This document shows positions 9,952-20,910 of a DNA stretch of 64,000 bases, one piece after another. The notes beneath the pieces are model-generated. The model searched no databases. It saw only the letters and a program-made list of their open reading frames with translations, and was not told the origin of the DNA. The DNA comes from an uncultured Alphaproteobacteria bacterium (GTDB lineage Bacteria > Pseudomonadota > Alphaproteobacteria > GCA-2731375): NCBI GenBank assembly GCA_951812805.1, contig CATOSZ010000002.1, positions 333,111 to 397,110 of the forward strand, read 5' to 3'. Made by a program: the position numbers and the translations under genes. The first letter of the stretch is position 1, and each line of letters opens with the position of its first letter.

Positions 9952-12024
9952 ATGACCGACCACGCAGCGGACATCCTGCTCGGCATCGATGTCGGGGGCA
10001 CCTTCACGGACGTGGTCGCGCTCGATGCGGGCGCCGGGCGTATCGTCGGGACCTTCAAGCTGCCGTCGACGCCGGCAGATCCCTCGGCGGGCGCGCTCGC
10101 GGGCGCGGCGCGATTTCTCGCCCGCACCGGTCTCGCCGCCGGCGCCGTCCATCACGGCACCACGGTCTGCACCAATGCGCTGATCGAGAAGCGGGGCGCC
10201 CGCACCGCCTTGGTGACGACCGAGGGCTTTCGCGACGTGCTGGCGCTGCGCCGCCAGGCCCGGCCCCGGCTCTACGATCTCGCACCGGAAATTTCGCCGC
10301 CTCTGGTGCCGCGCGCGCGTCGCCTGGAGGTGGCGGAGCGGACGGCGCACGACGGCGAAACTCTCGTCCCCCTGCACAAGGCGGAAATCGAGCGCATCGT
10401 CGGCGAACTCCGCGCCTTGGACGTCGAGGCCGTGGCGATCAGCCTGCTGCATGCTTACGCCGACGATGGCCACGAACGGGCCCTGGAAGCGGCGATCGCC
10501 GAGGCCCTGCCGGACGTCTTCGTCTCGCGCGCCAGCGACGTGACGGCCGAGTTTCGCGAGTTCGAGCGGACCAGCACCGTCGCTGTCAACGCCTATATCG
10601 GCCCCAGGGCCGCGGCCTACCTCGGCCGTCTCGGCGACGCGCTGGCGGCCCGCGACATTCCCCGGCTGGCGATCGTCAAGTCGAACGGCGGCCTGACCTC
10701 GGCCGCGAACGCACGGCGCTATCCGGTCCACCTCATCGAATCCGGTCCGGCCGCCGGCGTCATCGCCAGCGCCGCGCTCGGCCGGACGGAGGGCTTCGGG
10801 GACCTGATCGCCTTCGACATGGGCGGGACGACCGCCAAGGTCGGGGTCATCCAGGACGGACGGCCGCGGCTGGCGCCCGAGTTCCTGGCCGACCGCCTGG
10901 TCGACGGGCGCGATGTCGGCGGCTATCCGATCAAGAGCCCGGTGATCGACCTCATCGAGATCGGCGCCGGTGGCGGTTCGATCGCCCGGCTCGACAGCCT
11001 GGGCGTCCTGAAGGTCGGCCCGGAAAGCGCCGGCGCGGATCCGGGCCCGGCCTGCTGGGGCCGGGGCGGCGGGGCGGCGACGGTGACGGATGCCCATGTC
11101 GTCCTCGGACATATCGCCGCCGACGGCTACGGCGCCGAGGACCTGAGCATCGACGCGGAGGCCGCGCGCCGGGTGATCGCCCAGACCGTCGCCGATCCGC
11201 TGGGCTGGCCCCTCGAGCGGGCGGCGGCCGGCATTCTAACCCTGGCCGACGCCAACATGGCGGAGATGGTGCGCCTGGCGACCCTGCGCCGGGGCCTGGA
11301 TCCGCGCGACTTCGCCTTGCTGGCGTTCGGCGGCGGCGGCGCCCTGCACGGCCCGGCGATCGCCCGCGAGGTCGGCGTGCCGCGGATCGTCGTGCCCCCC
11401 GTCCCGGGCCTGTTCAGCGCTGTCGGCACCCTCCTCGGCGACGTGCGCCACGACCTGGTGCAGACCGTGCTGACCCGGGCGCAGGGCGTCGATGCGGCAG
11501 CCCTGACGGCGGGCTTCGCCGGCCTGGAGGATCGCGCACACGCCCTGCTGGCGGCCGAGGCGACGGCGGGGGAAAGCCGGTTCGAGCGTCAGGCCGACCT
11601 CCGCTTCGAAGGCCAGATGTTCGAAAAGACCCTGCCGCTCGGCCCGGAAGACCGGGACGGCGAGGCCCTCGAGCGCCTGTTCCGCCAGGCCTATGTCGCC
11701 GAATACGGCTACGACCTCCCCGGTCAGCCGGTCGAGCTGGTCAACCTGCGCCTGGTCGCCGGCTGCCCCGCCGCCGTCGCCTGGCCCGCGCCGGCCGCGG
11801 GTGAAGTGTCCGGTCCCGGCCGGCGCCGCCGCGCGGTCGCGGGCGCCGACGGGATCCGGCGCGAGATCGAGGTCGTTCCCCGGGCGACGATCCGGCCCGG
11901 CGAGCACTTCGCGGGGCCGCTGCTGATCGAGGATTTCGGCGCCACCATCCGGGTGCTGGCCGGGCAGCGAGTCACGGCCGGCACCTCCGGCGTGCTGGTG
12001 ATCGAGGAGGAGGACGCGCGATGA
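9952..12024 (+). CDS. hyuA: Hydantoinase A family protein (second copy)
   Basis: MTDHAADILLGIDVGGTFTDVVALD..., 690 aa. Confidence 0.85.
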   Translation: MTDHAADILLGIDVGGTFTDVVALDAGAGRIVGTFKLPSTPADPSAGALAGAARFLARTGLAAGAVHHGTTVCTNALIEKRGARTALVTTEGFRDVLALRRQARPRLYDLAPEISPPLVPRARRLEVAERTAHDGETLVPLHKAEIERIVGELRALDVEAVAISLLHAYADDGHERALEAAIAEALPDVFVSRASDVTAEFREFERTSTVAVNAYIGPRAAAYLGRLGDALAARDIPRLAIVKSNGGLTSAANARRYPVHLIESGPAAGVIASAALGRTEGFGDLIAFDMGGTTAKVGVIQDGRPRLAPEFLADRLVDGRDVGGYPIKSPVIDLIEIGAGGGSIARLDSLGVLKVGPESAGADPGPACWGRGGGAATVTDAHVVLGHIAADGYGAEDLSIDAEAARRVIAQTVADPLGWPLERAAAGILTLADANMAEMVRLATLRRGLDPRDFALLAFGGGGALHGPAIAREVGVPRIVVPPVPGLFSAVGTLLGDVRHDLVQTVLTRAQGVDAAALTAGFAGLEDRAHALLAAEATAGESRFERQADLRFEGQMFEKTLPLGPEDRDGEALERLFRQAYVAEYGYDLPGQPVELVNLRLVAGCPAAVAWPAPAAGEVSGPGRRRRAVAGADGIRREIEVVPRATIRPGEHFAGPLLIEDFGATIRVLAGQRVTAGTSGVLVIEEEDAR

Positions 12025-13628
12025 ACGACGCCCCGCTGGAACTGGAAAGCGACGCCGTCACCTTCGAGGTCGTGCGCGGCGGCCTCGTCGCCATCTGCGA
12101 GGAAATGCGCACGGTGATGACCAGCGCCGCCTTCTCGCCGCTGTTGAGCCTGTCCTCCGACCTCTCCTGCGCGCTGCTGGACCAGTACGGCGACGTCGTC
12201 GCCCAGGGCAACGACATCCCGGTGCATCTCGGCGCCATGCCGTTCTCCGCCAAGGGGATGCTCGCCCGCTTTCCCCTGGACGAATGGCGGCCGGGCGACG
12301 CCGTGCTCGCCAACGATCCCTATTCCGGCGGCTCGCACCTCCCCGACATGACCTTGATGACGCCGATCTTCGACGATGCCGGCGTGCTCGGCTTCGCCGC
12401 GAGCCGGGTGCATTGGCCGGACATCGGCGGCGCCTCGCCCGGCTCCTCCGCCGTCACCGACGAGATCGTCAAGGAAGGCCTGCGCATTCCACCGGTCCGC
12501 GTCCTGCGCGCGGGCGTGATGGACGAGGGCGTCGCTACCCTGCTGTTCGCGAACGTGCGCGTGGCCGAGGATCGGCGGGGCGACTTCCAGGCGCAGATCG
12601 CTTGCAACCGGCGCGGCGTCGAGCGGGTCGAGGCCCTGGTCGCGCGTTACGGCGGCCCGGCGATACGACGCATCCTGGCCGAGACCCAGACCTACAGCGA
12701 GCGGCTGGTCGAGGCGGCGCTGGCGCGCATCGCCGACGGCACCTATGCCGCGCGCCAGCATCTCGACGGCGACGGCTATATCGAGGATCGGGGGGACGGG
12801 CCGCTCGTCCTCGCCGTCGCCGTCACCAAGCGGGGCCGCCGGCTGGAGATCGACTTCGCCGGCACCGGGCCACAGGCGCGCGGGCCGATCAACGCGCCGA
12901 TCTCGGTCACCGCGTCGGCCTGCTATTACCTGGCGCTAGCGCTCGGCGGCGGCGACGTGCCGCCGAATTCCGGTGCCTACCGGCCGGTATTGGTCCATGC
13001 GCCCGCGGGAAGCCTGGTCAACTGCGTGCACCCCGCGCCCGTCGTCTCCGGCAACACGGAGATGTCGAACCGTCTGGTCGACCTGATGTTCGAGGCGCTG
13101 GCGCCGGCCATGGCGGCGGGCGGCATCGGCGGCAGCTACGGCACCGCCGGGGTCTTTGCGCTGGGCGGTCACGACACGCACCGGGACCGCCGCTTTGTCC
13201 ACCTGGAGACGATCGGCGGCGGCATGGGGGCGAGCGCCGCCGGCCCCGGCCTCGACGGCCATCGCACCCACATGGGCAACACCATGAACCTGCCGATCGA
13301 GGCGAGCGAGGCCGCCATGCCCCTGCTGATCGAGCGCTACGAGCTGGTCGAGGACAGCGGCGGCACCGGCCGGCACCGGGGCGGCCTCGGCGTGCGCCGG
13401 GTGCTGCGTGCGCTCGACGACGGGATCAGCTTCTCGCTGCTGTTCGAACGTGCCCTGCATGCTGCCCACGGCGCCGCCGGCGGCGCGCCCGGGCGCACCG
13501 CGCGCTTCCATGTCGAACGGGCGGACGGGCGGATCGAACCGCTGTCCTCCAAGACCGAAGCGGGACGCCTGGAAGCCGGCGATCGCCTTTGGCTGGAGAC
13601 GGCGGGCGGCGGTGGCTGGGGGCGATAA
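12021..13628 (+). CDS. hyuB: Hydantoinase B family protein (second copy)
   Basis: MNDAPLELESDAVTFEVVRGGLVAICEEMRTVMTSAAFSP... ATGA overlap with the upstream hyuA. Confidence 0.85.
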   Translation: MNDAPLELESDAVTFEVVRGGLVAICEEMRTVMTSAAFSPLLSLSSDLSCALLDQYGDVVAQGNDIPVHLGAMPFSAKGMLARFPLDEWRPGDAVLANDPYSGGSHLPDMTLMTPIFDDAGVLGFAASRVHWPDIGGASPGSSAVTDEIVKEGLRIPPVRVLRAGVMDEGVATLLFANVRVAEDRRGDFQAQIACNRRGVERVEALVARYGGPAIRRILAETQTYSERLVEAALARIADGTYAARQHLDGDGYIEDRGDGPLVLAVAVTKRGRRLEIDFAGTGPQARGPINAPISVTASACYYLALALGGGDVPPNSGAYRPVLVHAPAGSLVNCVHPAPVVSGNTEMSNRLVDLMFEALAPAMAAGGIGGSYGTAGVFALGGHDTHRDRRFVHLETIGGGMGASAAGPGLDGHRTHMGNTMNLPIEASEAAMPLLIERYELVEDSGGTGRHRGGLGVRRVLRALDDGISFSLLFERALHAAHGAAGGAPGRTARFHVERADGRIEPLSSKTEAGRLEAGDRLWLETAGGGGWGR

Positions 13629-13676
13629 ATCTCAACTTTGGTCCCCACACCGCCCAACGACGGTGTGTCGGCCGGC

Positions 13677-14018
13677 TCAGGCCACGGCGCGGAGTTCGTC
13701 GATGACGCCCAGAACCTCGTCGGCGAGTGCCAGCATCGCCGACAGGGCAAGCCTGTTGCGGGTCGCATCGCGCACTCTATTCCTCAATTCGATCATATTC
13801 GCCTTGTCCTGGGACGTCGGCCGGTTTACGACGACGAGCCTGGCGTCGATCACAATAATCTCACGCTGAAATTCGCCCGCCCGGTCCGTCAAGCGAGTTC
13901 GCTTGCGTCGAAGGCTTCCACGGCGCGTTGGCGGCAACTCGAGCTCTTCAAGACGAATCTCCAGGGCCATCTGCAGTGCATTGTCTCGGGCGGCTTCCAA
14001 GTATTCCGTACGATTCAT
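13677..14018 (-). CDS. Hypothetical 113-aa helical basic protein, last gene of the lower-GC islet operon
   Basis: The ORF sits in a compositionally distinct (~55% GC) stretch. No signal peptide and no recognisable domain. Confidence 0.4.
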   Translation of the reverse strand: MNRTEYLEAARDNALQMALEIRLEELELPPTRRGSLRRKRTRLTDRAGEFQREIIVIDARLVVVNRPTSQDKANMIELRNRVRDATRNRLALSAMLALADEVLGVIDELRAVA

Positions 14019-14095
14019 TCTATGCTCCCAATTGATATGCCATGACGAAGAACATCGTTACTGGGCAATTCGGGCCAACCTGACACTCACATAAC

Positions 14096-14686
14096 CTACT
14101 TCGACGCGGCCGCCGTCAATAACGATGCATTTGCAGCAGCAGCAGCTTCCGAGTTCGATGCAGCCTTCACAATAGTGCCGCTCACATCCTTGGCGATTGC
14201 GAGGTAGAGCGCGGCCCGGTCTGCAAACTCCTTCTCGTCCTGTAACTTGCCAAGCGATTTACTGACAGCCGACAGCGACTTGAACGTTGTCGGGACGGCC
14301 GGGTAGTCGGCGAGAATCGTTTCGGGCAGGTAGGCATCGTATTCGCGCGCCTTGGAGAGATCCGGCTGTCCGGTCAAGATCTTTTCGACGTTCTCGATAA
14401 TCTCGTATGTTCGCACCTTGGCTACGAGACCGGAACGCCTCAACAGCTCCAGGTCCAATGCATTCAGATCATGATCTTGGATCCGCGCGCCCAACAAGCT
14501 TGCGCGCAGCCGCTCGGTACGCTCATCGGCGAGGACGATGGCGTTCCCGTCGCGCTTCAATCTGTCAACGATACTCTTGGTTTCCTTCGCCAGTTCGCCA
14601 GCGGCCCTATCACTGGCGCATCCGGAGACGATCCCGGCCAACAACATTCCGGAGATCAGCAACTTTGTGAAGTCAGTCCGTAGCAT
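14096..14686 (-). CDS. Hypothetical lipoprotein (196 aa)
   Basis: N-terminal signal peptide with lipobox LAGIVSG|C. Overlaps the upstream gene by 14 nt. Confidence 0.5.
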   Translation of the reverse strand: MLRTDFTKLLISGMLLAGIVSGCASDRAAGELAKETKSIVDRLKRDGNAIVLADERTERLRASLLGARIQDHDLNALDLELLRRSGLVAKVRTYEIIENVEKILTGQPDLSKAREYDAYLPETILADYPAVPTTFKSLSAVSKSLGKLQDEKEFADRAALYLAIAKDVSGTIVKAASNSEAAAAANASLLTAAASK

Positions 14687-15486
14687 TTAAAATTCCTCCA
14701 AGAACACCCAGATTGGCCAGACGACCCACCAGGGCGATGATTTCCTCGCGCTTCAACCCGGTCTTGTGAAATGCCGCCAAATCATCGATCGCACCACTCG
14801 CGAGCACCAAGGTCTCGCCCAGCGCACGTTCGCGCTCGATGCCGATTTCCACATGGTTGAGATGACCTTTCTCCCAGGGAACCCGGTCAATTCGCGCCTG
14901 GGCCGGCCCCAAGGCCAACCACGCATAGGCCAGCGCCCAATAAAGGTTCTGCTTTTGCTCGCCTTGAAGCATGGCTTCCAGATCTGCCGGCGTTGCGGCA
15001 CAGTCATTCTTCTCGCAAACCACTGGCTTCGTCTGGTTGATCTGAGCAATCAGCCAAGCCTGAAGCATTCGTGCATCCAGCGCCTCGAGCGCGAGGCTGC
15101 GCCGTGCCTCAATCAAACCGATCTGTTTTTCGAGGTACTGTCGTTCCAAGGCAAGAAAATCGCGAGTGACGAGCAGGTCGGCGGGAACCGGGTCCGCCAG
15201 CGCACTGGCCAAACCGGCAGTCTTGCCGACGATACCTTTGAATGACGCGAACAGGATACGGGCGCGCTGCAATTCTCCGGCGTCACCGGCGTCTCCGGCC
15301 TCGACGGCAGTGATCAGCGATTCCACAGCTGCAAGCCACGTGGCGTTCTCGCCGTTACCGATGCCGAGACCCGAAGCCGCCTCGTTGGCAGTGGACAGGA
15401 TCTCCTTCACTTTTGCGGACGCCTTGTCTACCGCCTCGTCGAATTTGGCCTGATCGAACGACGTGCCCTCGGCTTGGGCAATTTCC
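14673..15486 (-). pseudogene. 3' portion (C-terminal ~271 aa) of a large lipoprotein gene interrupted by IS1182-family copy 1
   Basis: The ORF 14673..15515 draws its first 29 nt (the MHARVRQAA start) from IS sequence. Its reading frame continues that of 17038..17900 across the IS. Confidence 0.5.
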
Positions 15487-17037
15487 CTAGCAGCCTGTCG
15501 GACTCGGGCATGCAAGGATTGGTAAGATTGGCTTGGCGGGCGTCGATGTCATGGATTTACCCCCATGAAGTTGCGAACGCGGGTTGGCCCGCCCGTTCAG
15601 GCGTGGCTGAGGACGAACATCCGCTTGATGTTCCAGGAGAGCGTGGCCAAGGTCCATTCCCCCTTCGCCTTGTCGAGGCCGCGCAGGCTGAACTGACGCA
15701 AGCCCATCACCGATTTGATGATGCCGAACACCGGCTCCGGCGTCTGCTTGCGAAGCGCGTAGAGCGCCCGGCCCTCGGGTGTGGCCAGGCGATGGCACAT
15801 CGCCTCGAGCGGCGTCGGATCCTCGGGCGCTGGCGGCGCCTCGGCGAAGCGGTCCCGCCAGGAAAGATGGTGGTGCTCCCGGCCGAGCGCGATCAGCGGC
15901 GCGATCTCCGCTTCCCCGCAGGCCTCGACGTTGGCCTGGCTGAAGTAGCCGCTGTCCGCCAACAGGGTCTCGACCTCGCCAAGCCCGTCCGGCAGGCCGG
16001 CGAGTGCTTCGAGCGTCGGTTCGATCTGCTGCTTGTCGTTCGCCGCCTGCACCACGTCGGCGCTGACCACCAGCAGGCTGCCGGCGGCCACCGCAGCCTG
16101 GGCGTTGTAGCACTGCTCGAAGCCGCCGCCGGCCACCGGCATGATGCGCGAGTCCGGGTCCGTCAGGTTGACCTGGTCCTTCGCCCGTGGCCCCGGCTCC
16201 GGCGGCTTCGGTGGCCGCCCGCCCGGCTTGCGGCCGGTCCGCGTTTCCTTCGCCTCGCGGGCTGCCAGCTTCTCTTCGTACTCCGCCTGCTCCCGCGCAT
16301 GACGCTCGGCCGCCCGCGCCTCGATCTCCGCCTTCGCCGCGGCGATCGCCGCCAGCCGGTCCTCGCGCCGTGCCAGCTCCTCCGGCACGCTCATGCCGTC
16401 GGGAACCTCGGACCGGTCCGCCGCTTCCGCCAACGCCATCAACTCCGCCACCTCGGCCCGCAGCCGGGCTTCGATCTCGCCCGCACGCTGCCACGACAGG
16501 GCGCTGTGCCGGCTCGCGTCGGCATGGATCTTCGTCCCGTCCAGCGCCACCGTGCCCAGTTGCAGCATGCCGGCCTGCCGCGCCAGCAGCAGAACCTGCA
16601 CGAACAGCCCCTCGATCAGCGGCAGGAAGCGACGGCGGAACGTGGCGATCGTGTCGTGGTCGGGGTGGTCGTTTGCCGCGATGAAGCGGAAGGCCACCGA
16701 ATCATAGCTCGCCCGCTCCAGCTTCCGGCTGGAATGCACCCCCGTCGCGTAGCCGTAGATCAGCAGGCCCAGCAGGACGCTCGGGTGATGCGCCGCCGAG
16801 CCCGAACCACGATAGGCCTTCACGAACGCAGAGAGATCCAGCTGCTCCAGCACATCGACCACGAAGCGCGCCAGATGACGATCAGGCAGCCATTCGTCCA
16901 CCGAAGGCGGCAGAAGATAGCTGGTCTCCCGGTCAACCTGTCGAAAGTTGCTCATCACAAAATCACCGCGCAGGAGAGAATCAGACCGTGACAGTGAATC
17001 TCATCTCGAAACTCGGCTCAAGTCCGACAGGCTGCTA
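15487..17037 (-). mobile_element. IS1182-family insertion sequence, copy 1 (~1551 bp, transposase on minus strand)
   Basis: Identical to 59759..61310 in inverted orientation. Terminal inverted repeats CTAGCAGCCTGTCGGAC. CTAG at both junctions. Confidence 0.8.
15597..16958 (-). CDS. IS1182-family (DDE) transposase, 453 aa
   Basis: MMSNFRQVDRETSYLLPPSVDEWLPDRHLARFVVDVLEQLDLSAF... is the typical IS1182/IS5-superfamily N-terminus. It is 100% identical to ORF 59839..61200. Confidence 0.85.
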   Translation of the reverse strand: MMSNFRQVDRETSYLLPPSVDEWLPDRHLARFVVDVLEQLDLSAFVKAYRGSGSAAHHPSVLLGLLIYGYATGVHSSRKLERASYDSVAFRFIAANDHPDHDTIATFRRRFLPLIEGLFVQVLLLARQAGMLQLGTVALDGTKIHADASRHSALSWQRAGEIEARLRAEVAELMALAEAADRSEVPDGMSVPEELARREDRLAAIAAAKAEIEARAAERHAREQAEYEEKLAAREAKETRTGRKPGGRPPKPPEPGPRAKDQVNLTDPDSRIMPVAGGGFEQCYNAQAAVAAGSLLVVSADVVQAANDKQQIEPTLEALAGLPDGLGEVETLLADSGYFSQANVEACGEAEIAPLIALGREHHHLSWRDRFAEAPPAPEDPTPLEAMCHRLATPEGRALYALRKQTPEPVFGIIKSVMGLRQFSLRGLDKAKGEWTLATLSWNIKRMFVLSHA

Positions 17038-17900
17038 GAGAGGCGTTTAAGCTGCGTGGCGACCTCAGCCGCCGCAGCTTTGGCCGATACGACTTCGTCG
17101 TTCAGCCGCCACAAATCACAGAGCGCGGCCACGATCTCACCCAATCCGGTCGCCCTAGCCTTGCACGCGGTATCGCGGCGCATCGGGTTCCCGCCAGAAG
17201 ACGTCGTCAGCATCGCGTCGACGAAAACATCGAAATTTCTCGTCTGCAGACTGCACCCTTTCACGAGAGACTTCAGGCTTGTCCTGACCCTTACGCGTTG
17301 TTTTTCTGGCACGCTGCCAATCAAGGAGTTCTGGAGTTCGTCCCGCGCCGCATCGCTACGCAAGTGCCGAAAATCTTCGCAGGTCGGCGTACGGCCCCTT
17401 AGAATCGGCCGCAGATCCTCGAATGGTTTGTGCGCCGCAACTGCAAAAATCAACCGTGCCGATGCGATCGCCTTCGATAGCATCCTGACCTGCCCGACCC
17501 GAGAAATGCCCAGCTCGCTCAGGCGCGTTCGTAGAACGTCAAAGCTTCCGTGGCCCAGCACGGAACAGAGTTCATTTCCACGCGCGGTTGTCGAATCCTT
17601 GTAAAGATTGAAGAGTCCGCAGTCCGTTCTGGCCTCGCCGACCAAGGAAACGAAACTGTCCTTACCGCTGAGCAAGGCGATCTTGTCGACGGTATCCAGC
17701 TCGCTCTGCCGGAGTCGGCCCAAGCGTTCGCGTCTCGTCGCGGCGAAGACATCCAAGTCAACTTTCGCCAGTTCCGTCTTTGCCTTCGTGGCTTCTTCGT
17801 CCTTGGCCGCATCATACAGGATCGTGGATCCGCAGCCGGCCGTGAAAATCGTCAGCGCCATGCAGAACGCCAAGTTAAGTCTTCGCATCAGAACCCCCAC
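17038..17900 (-). pseudogene. 5' portion (N-terminal ~287 aa, with signal peptide and lipobox) of the IS-interrupted lipoprotein gene
   Basis: MGVLMRRLNLAFCMALTIFTAG|C lipobox. The ORF stop at 17001 lies inside the IS, so the last ~12 codons are IS-derived. Confidence 0.5.
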
Positions 17901-18103
17901 ATTTTATCAATTCCGCTATATAGATCAAGCCCTAGATAACACTCAACTACTCAATCCTAGCCGTTTGTTCCGTGATTGCAACCAAAATTATCCTATGTCG
18001 AAATCGAGATCTCGCTGCGGGTTGGACGCCGGTTCCGTGAATTCGGTGTTCCGTGGTGTCATGCGTGATATCGTTCATCGATCACGCGGGAGACGGCATC
18101 CTC

Positions 18104-19345
18104 ATGAACTCCACAACGCAGCTGTTCGACGAGCTCGATCCCGCCCCCCGGCTGTTGATGGGGCCGGGGCCGGTCGATGTCTACCCCCGGGTGTTGCGGG
18201 CGATGTCGACGCCGATGCTGGGGCAGTTCGACCCCCAGTTCACCGGCTACATGAACGAGGTCATGGCGCTCTACCGCCAGGTCTTTCGCACGGAGAACCA
18301 CTGGGCCCTGCTGGTCAACGGTACGGCGCGCGCGGGGATCGAGGCCTGCCTCGCCTCCCTAATCGCGCCGGGCGACAAGGTGCTGGTGCCGATCTTCGGC
18401 CGCTTCGGCCATCTGCTGACCGAGATCGCCGCGCGTTTCGGCGCCGAGGTGATCACGCTGGAGACCGAGTGGGGCGGCGTGTTCGAGGCGGACCGGATCG
18501 CCGACGCCGTTCGGACCCACACGCCGAGCCTGGTCGCCCTGGTGCATGGCGATACCTCGACGACCATGGCCCAGCCGCTCGACGAGATCGGCCGCATTTG
18601 CCGCGCGGCGGGCGTGCTGCTCTACGTCGACGCGACGGCGACGCTCGGCGGCAATCCGTTGGAGGTCGACGCCTGGCATATCGACGCGGTCAGTGCCGGC
18701 CTGCAAAAATGCCTCTCCGGCCCCCCCGGTTCGGCACCCGTGACCTTCAACGAACGTGTGGTCGAGCGGATTTCGAGCCGCAAGCACATCGAGGCGGGGA
18801 TCCGGCCCGAGGGCTATACCGCCGGCCCGGGGCCCAGGATTGCGTCCAACTATTTCGACCTGCCGATGCTGATGGACTATTGGAGCCCGGCACGCCTCAA
18901 CCACCACACCGAGGCCACGACCATGCTCTACGCGGCCCGGGAATGCGCCCGTATCGTCCTCGCCGAGGGGCTGGAGCACGGCTTCGCCCGCCACCGCCTG
19001 GCGAGCCGGGCGCTGCGGGCGGGGCTGGAGGCCATGGGACTGGAGCTGTTCGGCGACGCCGCACACCGTATGGCGAACGTCACCGGTGTGGTCATCCCCG
19101 CAGGCGTGGCCGGCGACAAGGCCAGGGGCGAACTTCTGGAGGATTTCGGCATCGAGATCGGCACCTCTTTCGGGCCGCTGCACGGCAAGATCTGGCGCCT
19201 GGGAACGATGGGCCATGTCTGCCGCAAGGCGAACATCCTGCGCTGCCTGAGCGCGTTGGACGCGGTGCTGCGGCGAAACGGCTTCGAGGCGCCGGTCAAC
19301 GCCGGCGTCGATGCCGCCTACGCCATCTATGATGGGGAGGGCTGA
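18104..19345 (+). CDS. Class V aminotransferase (serine-glyoxylate / alanine-glyoxylate aminotransferase-like)
   Basis: [34 protein letters not shown]... is the AGXT-family N-terminus. Confidence 0.8.
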   Translation: MNSTTQLFDELDPAPRLLMGPGPVDVYPRVLRAMSTPMLGQFDPQFTGYMNEVMALYRQVFRTENHWALLVNGTARAGIEACLASLIAPGDKVLVPIFGRFGHLLTEIAARFGAEVITLETEWGGVFEADRIADAVRTHTPSLVALVHGDTSTTMAQPLDEIGRICRAAGVLLYVDATATLGGNPLEVDAWHIDAVSAGLQKCLSGPPGSAPVTFNERVVERISSRKHIEAGIRPEGYTAGPGPRIASNYFDLPMLMDYWSPARLNHHTEATTMLYAARECARIVLAEGLEHGFARHRLASRALRAGLEAMGLELFGDAAHRMANVTGVVIPAGVAGDKARGELLEDFGIEIGTSFGPLHGKIWRLGTMGHVCRKANILRCLSALDAVLRRNGFEAPVNAGVDAAYAIYDGEG

Positions 19346-19349
19346 CGAC

Positions 19350-20195
19350 ATGAGCCAGATGAACCCGCTTTGCATGCACGAGGACCCGGCCTCGGTCGCG
19401 ACGGGCGCGGCGGCCCGGCGCCTGTTCCGCGATCCAGCCTCGCCCGCCTTCCTGCAAACGACGGGCATGGCGCCCGGCTTCATGCAGGCGAGCCCGATCA
19501 TCCTGCCGGCCGAGCTGGCGCTGGACTTCGCCACCTTCTGCCAGCGCAATCCCAAGCCCTGCCCGCTGGTCGGCACCGGCAATCGGGGCGAGCCCACGAT
19601 CCCGACCCTGGGCCACGATCTCGACCTCCGCACCGACCTCGGCGGCTACCGGATCTGGCGCCATGGCGAGCTGGTGGACGAGGTCACCGACATCAGCGAT
19701 CTCTGGCGCGACGACTTCGTCGCCTTCGCCGTCGGCTGCTCCTATTCCTTCGAGGCGGCGCTGATGGCGGACGGGATCGAGCTGCGCCACATCACCCAGG
19801 ACGTCTGCGTGCCGATGTACATGACGGATATCCCGTTGCATCCCGCCGGCCCGTTCCGCGGCCACATGTGCGTGACCATGCGCCCCTTCGCACCGGCCGA
19901 CGCGATCCGCGCGATCGAGATCACCAGCCGCTTTCCGTTGACCCACGGCACCCCGGTGCATATCGGCGACCCCGCTCAGATCGGCATCGACGACCTGGCG
20001 ACGCCGCTGGTCGGCGATCCGGTCGAGGTCCGCAATGCCGAGATCTGCGTCTTCTGGGGCTGCGGCATCACCCCGCAATACGCCATGCTGCAGGCCCGCC
20101 CGGAAATCGCCATCACCCACAAGCCCGGCTGCCTGCTGGTAACCGACGTTCCCAGCCGGGCCGATGCGCTGGCCCTGCCCGGCCTCGCCGCCTGA
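19350..20195 (+). CDS. DUF1445/UPF0317 putative hydro-lyase (D-glutamate cyclase-like)
   Basis: [28 protein letters not shown]...[17 protein letters not shown]... Begins 5 nt after the aminotransferase stop. Confidence 0.65.
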   Translation: MSQMNPLCMHEDPASVATGAAARRLFRDPASPAFLQTTGMAPGFMQASPIILPAELALDFATFCQRNPKPCPLVGTGNRGEPTIPTLGHDLDLRTDLGGYRIWRHGELVDEVTDISDLWRDDFVAFAVGCSYSFEAALMADGIELRHITQDVCVPMYMTDIPLHPAGPFRGHMCVTMRPFAPADAIRAIEITSRFPLTHGTPVHIGDPAQIGIDDLATPLVGDPVEVRNAEICVFWGCGITPQYAMLQARPEIAITHKPGCLLVTDVPSRADALALPGLAA

Positions 20196-20363
20196 AAAAC
20201 GCCGCCGAATTTTGCCCGCCGTCCAAGACCTGTTGCGCCGCGTCCAAAGCCGCGCGGCGGCGATTGAACCCGCCTCGCCCTCGTCCATCTTAGTCGCAGG
20301 CGGTATCGCCGCCCGGCCCGCGAGGCCAACCCGCGCAATACACAACGGACGAGGACGAGAGAC

Positions 20364-20891
20364 ATGTTTCGCAAACTTTCCCTGGCCGCGATGGCCCTGG
20401 CCGCCTTCACCACCACCGCCAGCGCCGGTGGTGCCATGAACGATCTGGAAATCGCGCATACCGCCTATACCGCCGGCAACCTGGATATCCGCTACGCTCA
20501 CCTGGCCTTGGCGATCTCCGAGAACGACAAGATCCGAGACTTCGCCAAGACGATGATCCGCGACCATGCGGCGGTAAACGACCAGGCCGTCGCCCTCATC
20601 ACCGAGCTGAAGGTGACGCCGCAGGACAACGACCTCAGCCGCGCGCTGGTCAAGGGCGCCGCCGCCAAGCGCGACGAACTCGCCGGCCTGCGCGGCAAGG
20701 CCTTCGACTGCGCCTATGCGACGAACGAGCTCGGCTACCACGAAGTGGTCAACAAGACGGTCGAGACCAGCTTCATCCCGGCCGTCACGGTACCGCCGCT
20801 GAAGACCCTGCTGCAGGGCGCACTCACCACCTTCAAGGTGCATGAGGGCCATGCCCGCAAGATGGTCGCCGGCCTGAACTGCGGCGCCTGA
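20364..20891 (+). CDS. DUF4142-domain periplasmic protein
   Basis: Signal peptide MFRKLSLAAMALAAFTTTASA followed by a DUF4142-like helical body. Confidence 0.65.
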   Translation: MFRKLSLAAMALAAFTTTASAGGAMNDLEIAHTAYTAGNLDIRYAHLALAISENDKIRDFAKTMIRDHAAVNDQAVALITELKVTPQDNDLSRALVKGAAAKRDELAGLRGKAFDCAYATNELGYHEVVNKTVETSFIPAVTVPPLKTLLQGALTTFKVHEGHARKMVAGLNCGA

Positions 20892-20910
20892 CGACGAAGA
20901 CATTTCCGGC

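Noticed and set aside
15474-16991. 505-aa plus-strand ORF inside IS copy 1 (and its twin within 59806..62064 on the minus strand), plus the 165-aa and 335-aa Pro/Arg-rich ORFs
   Set aside because: These are antisense to the transposase, low-complexity and identical in both copies only because the IS is identical. There is no independent support for them.
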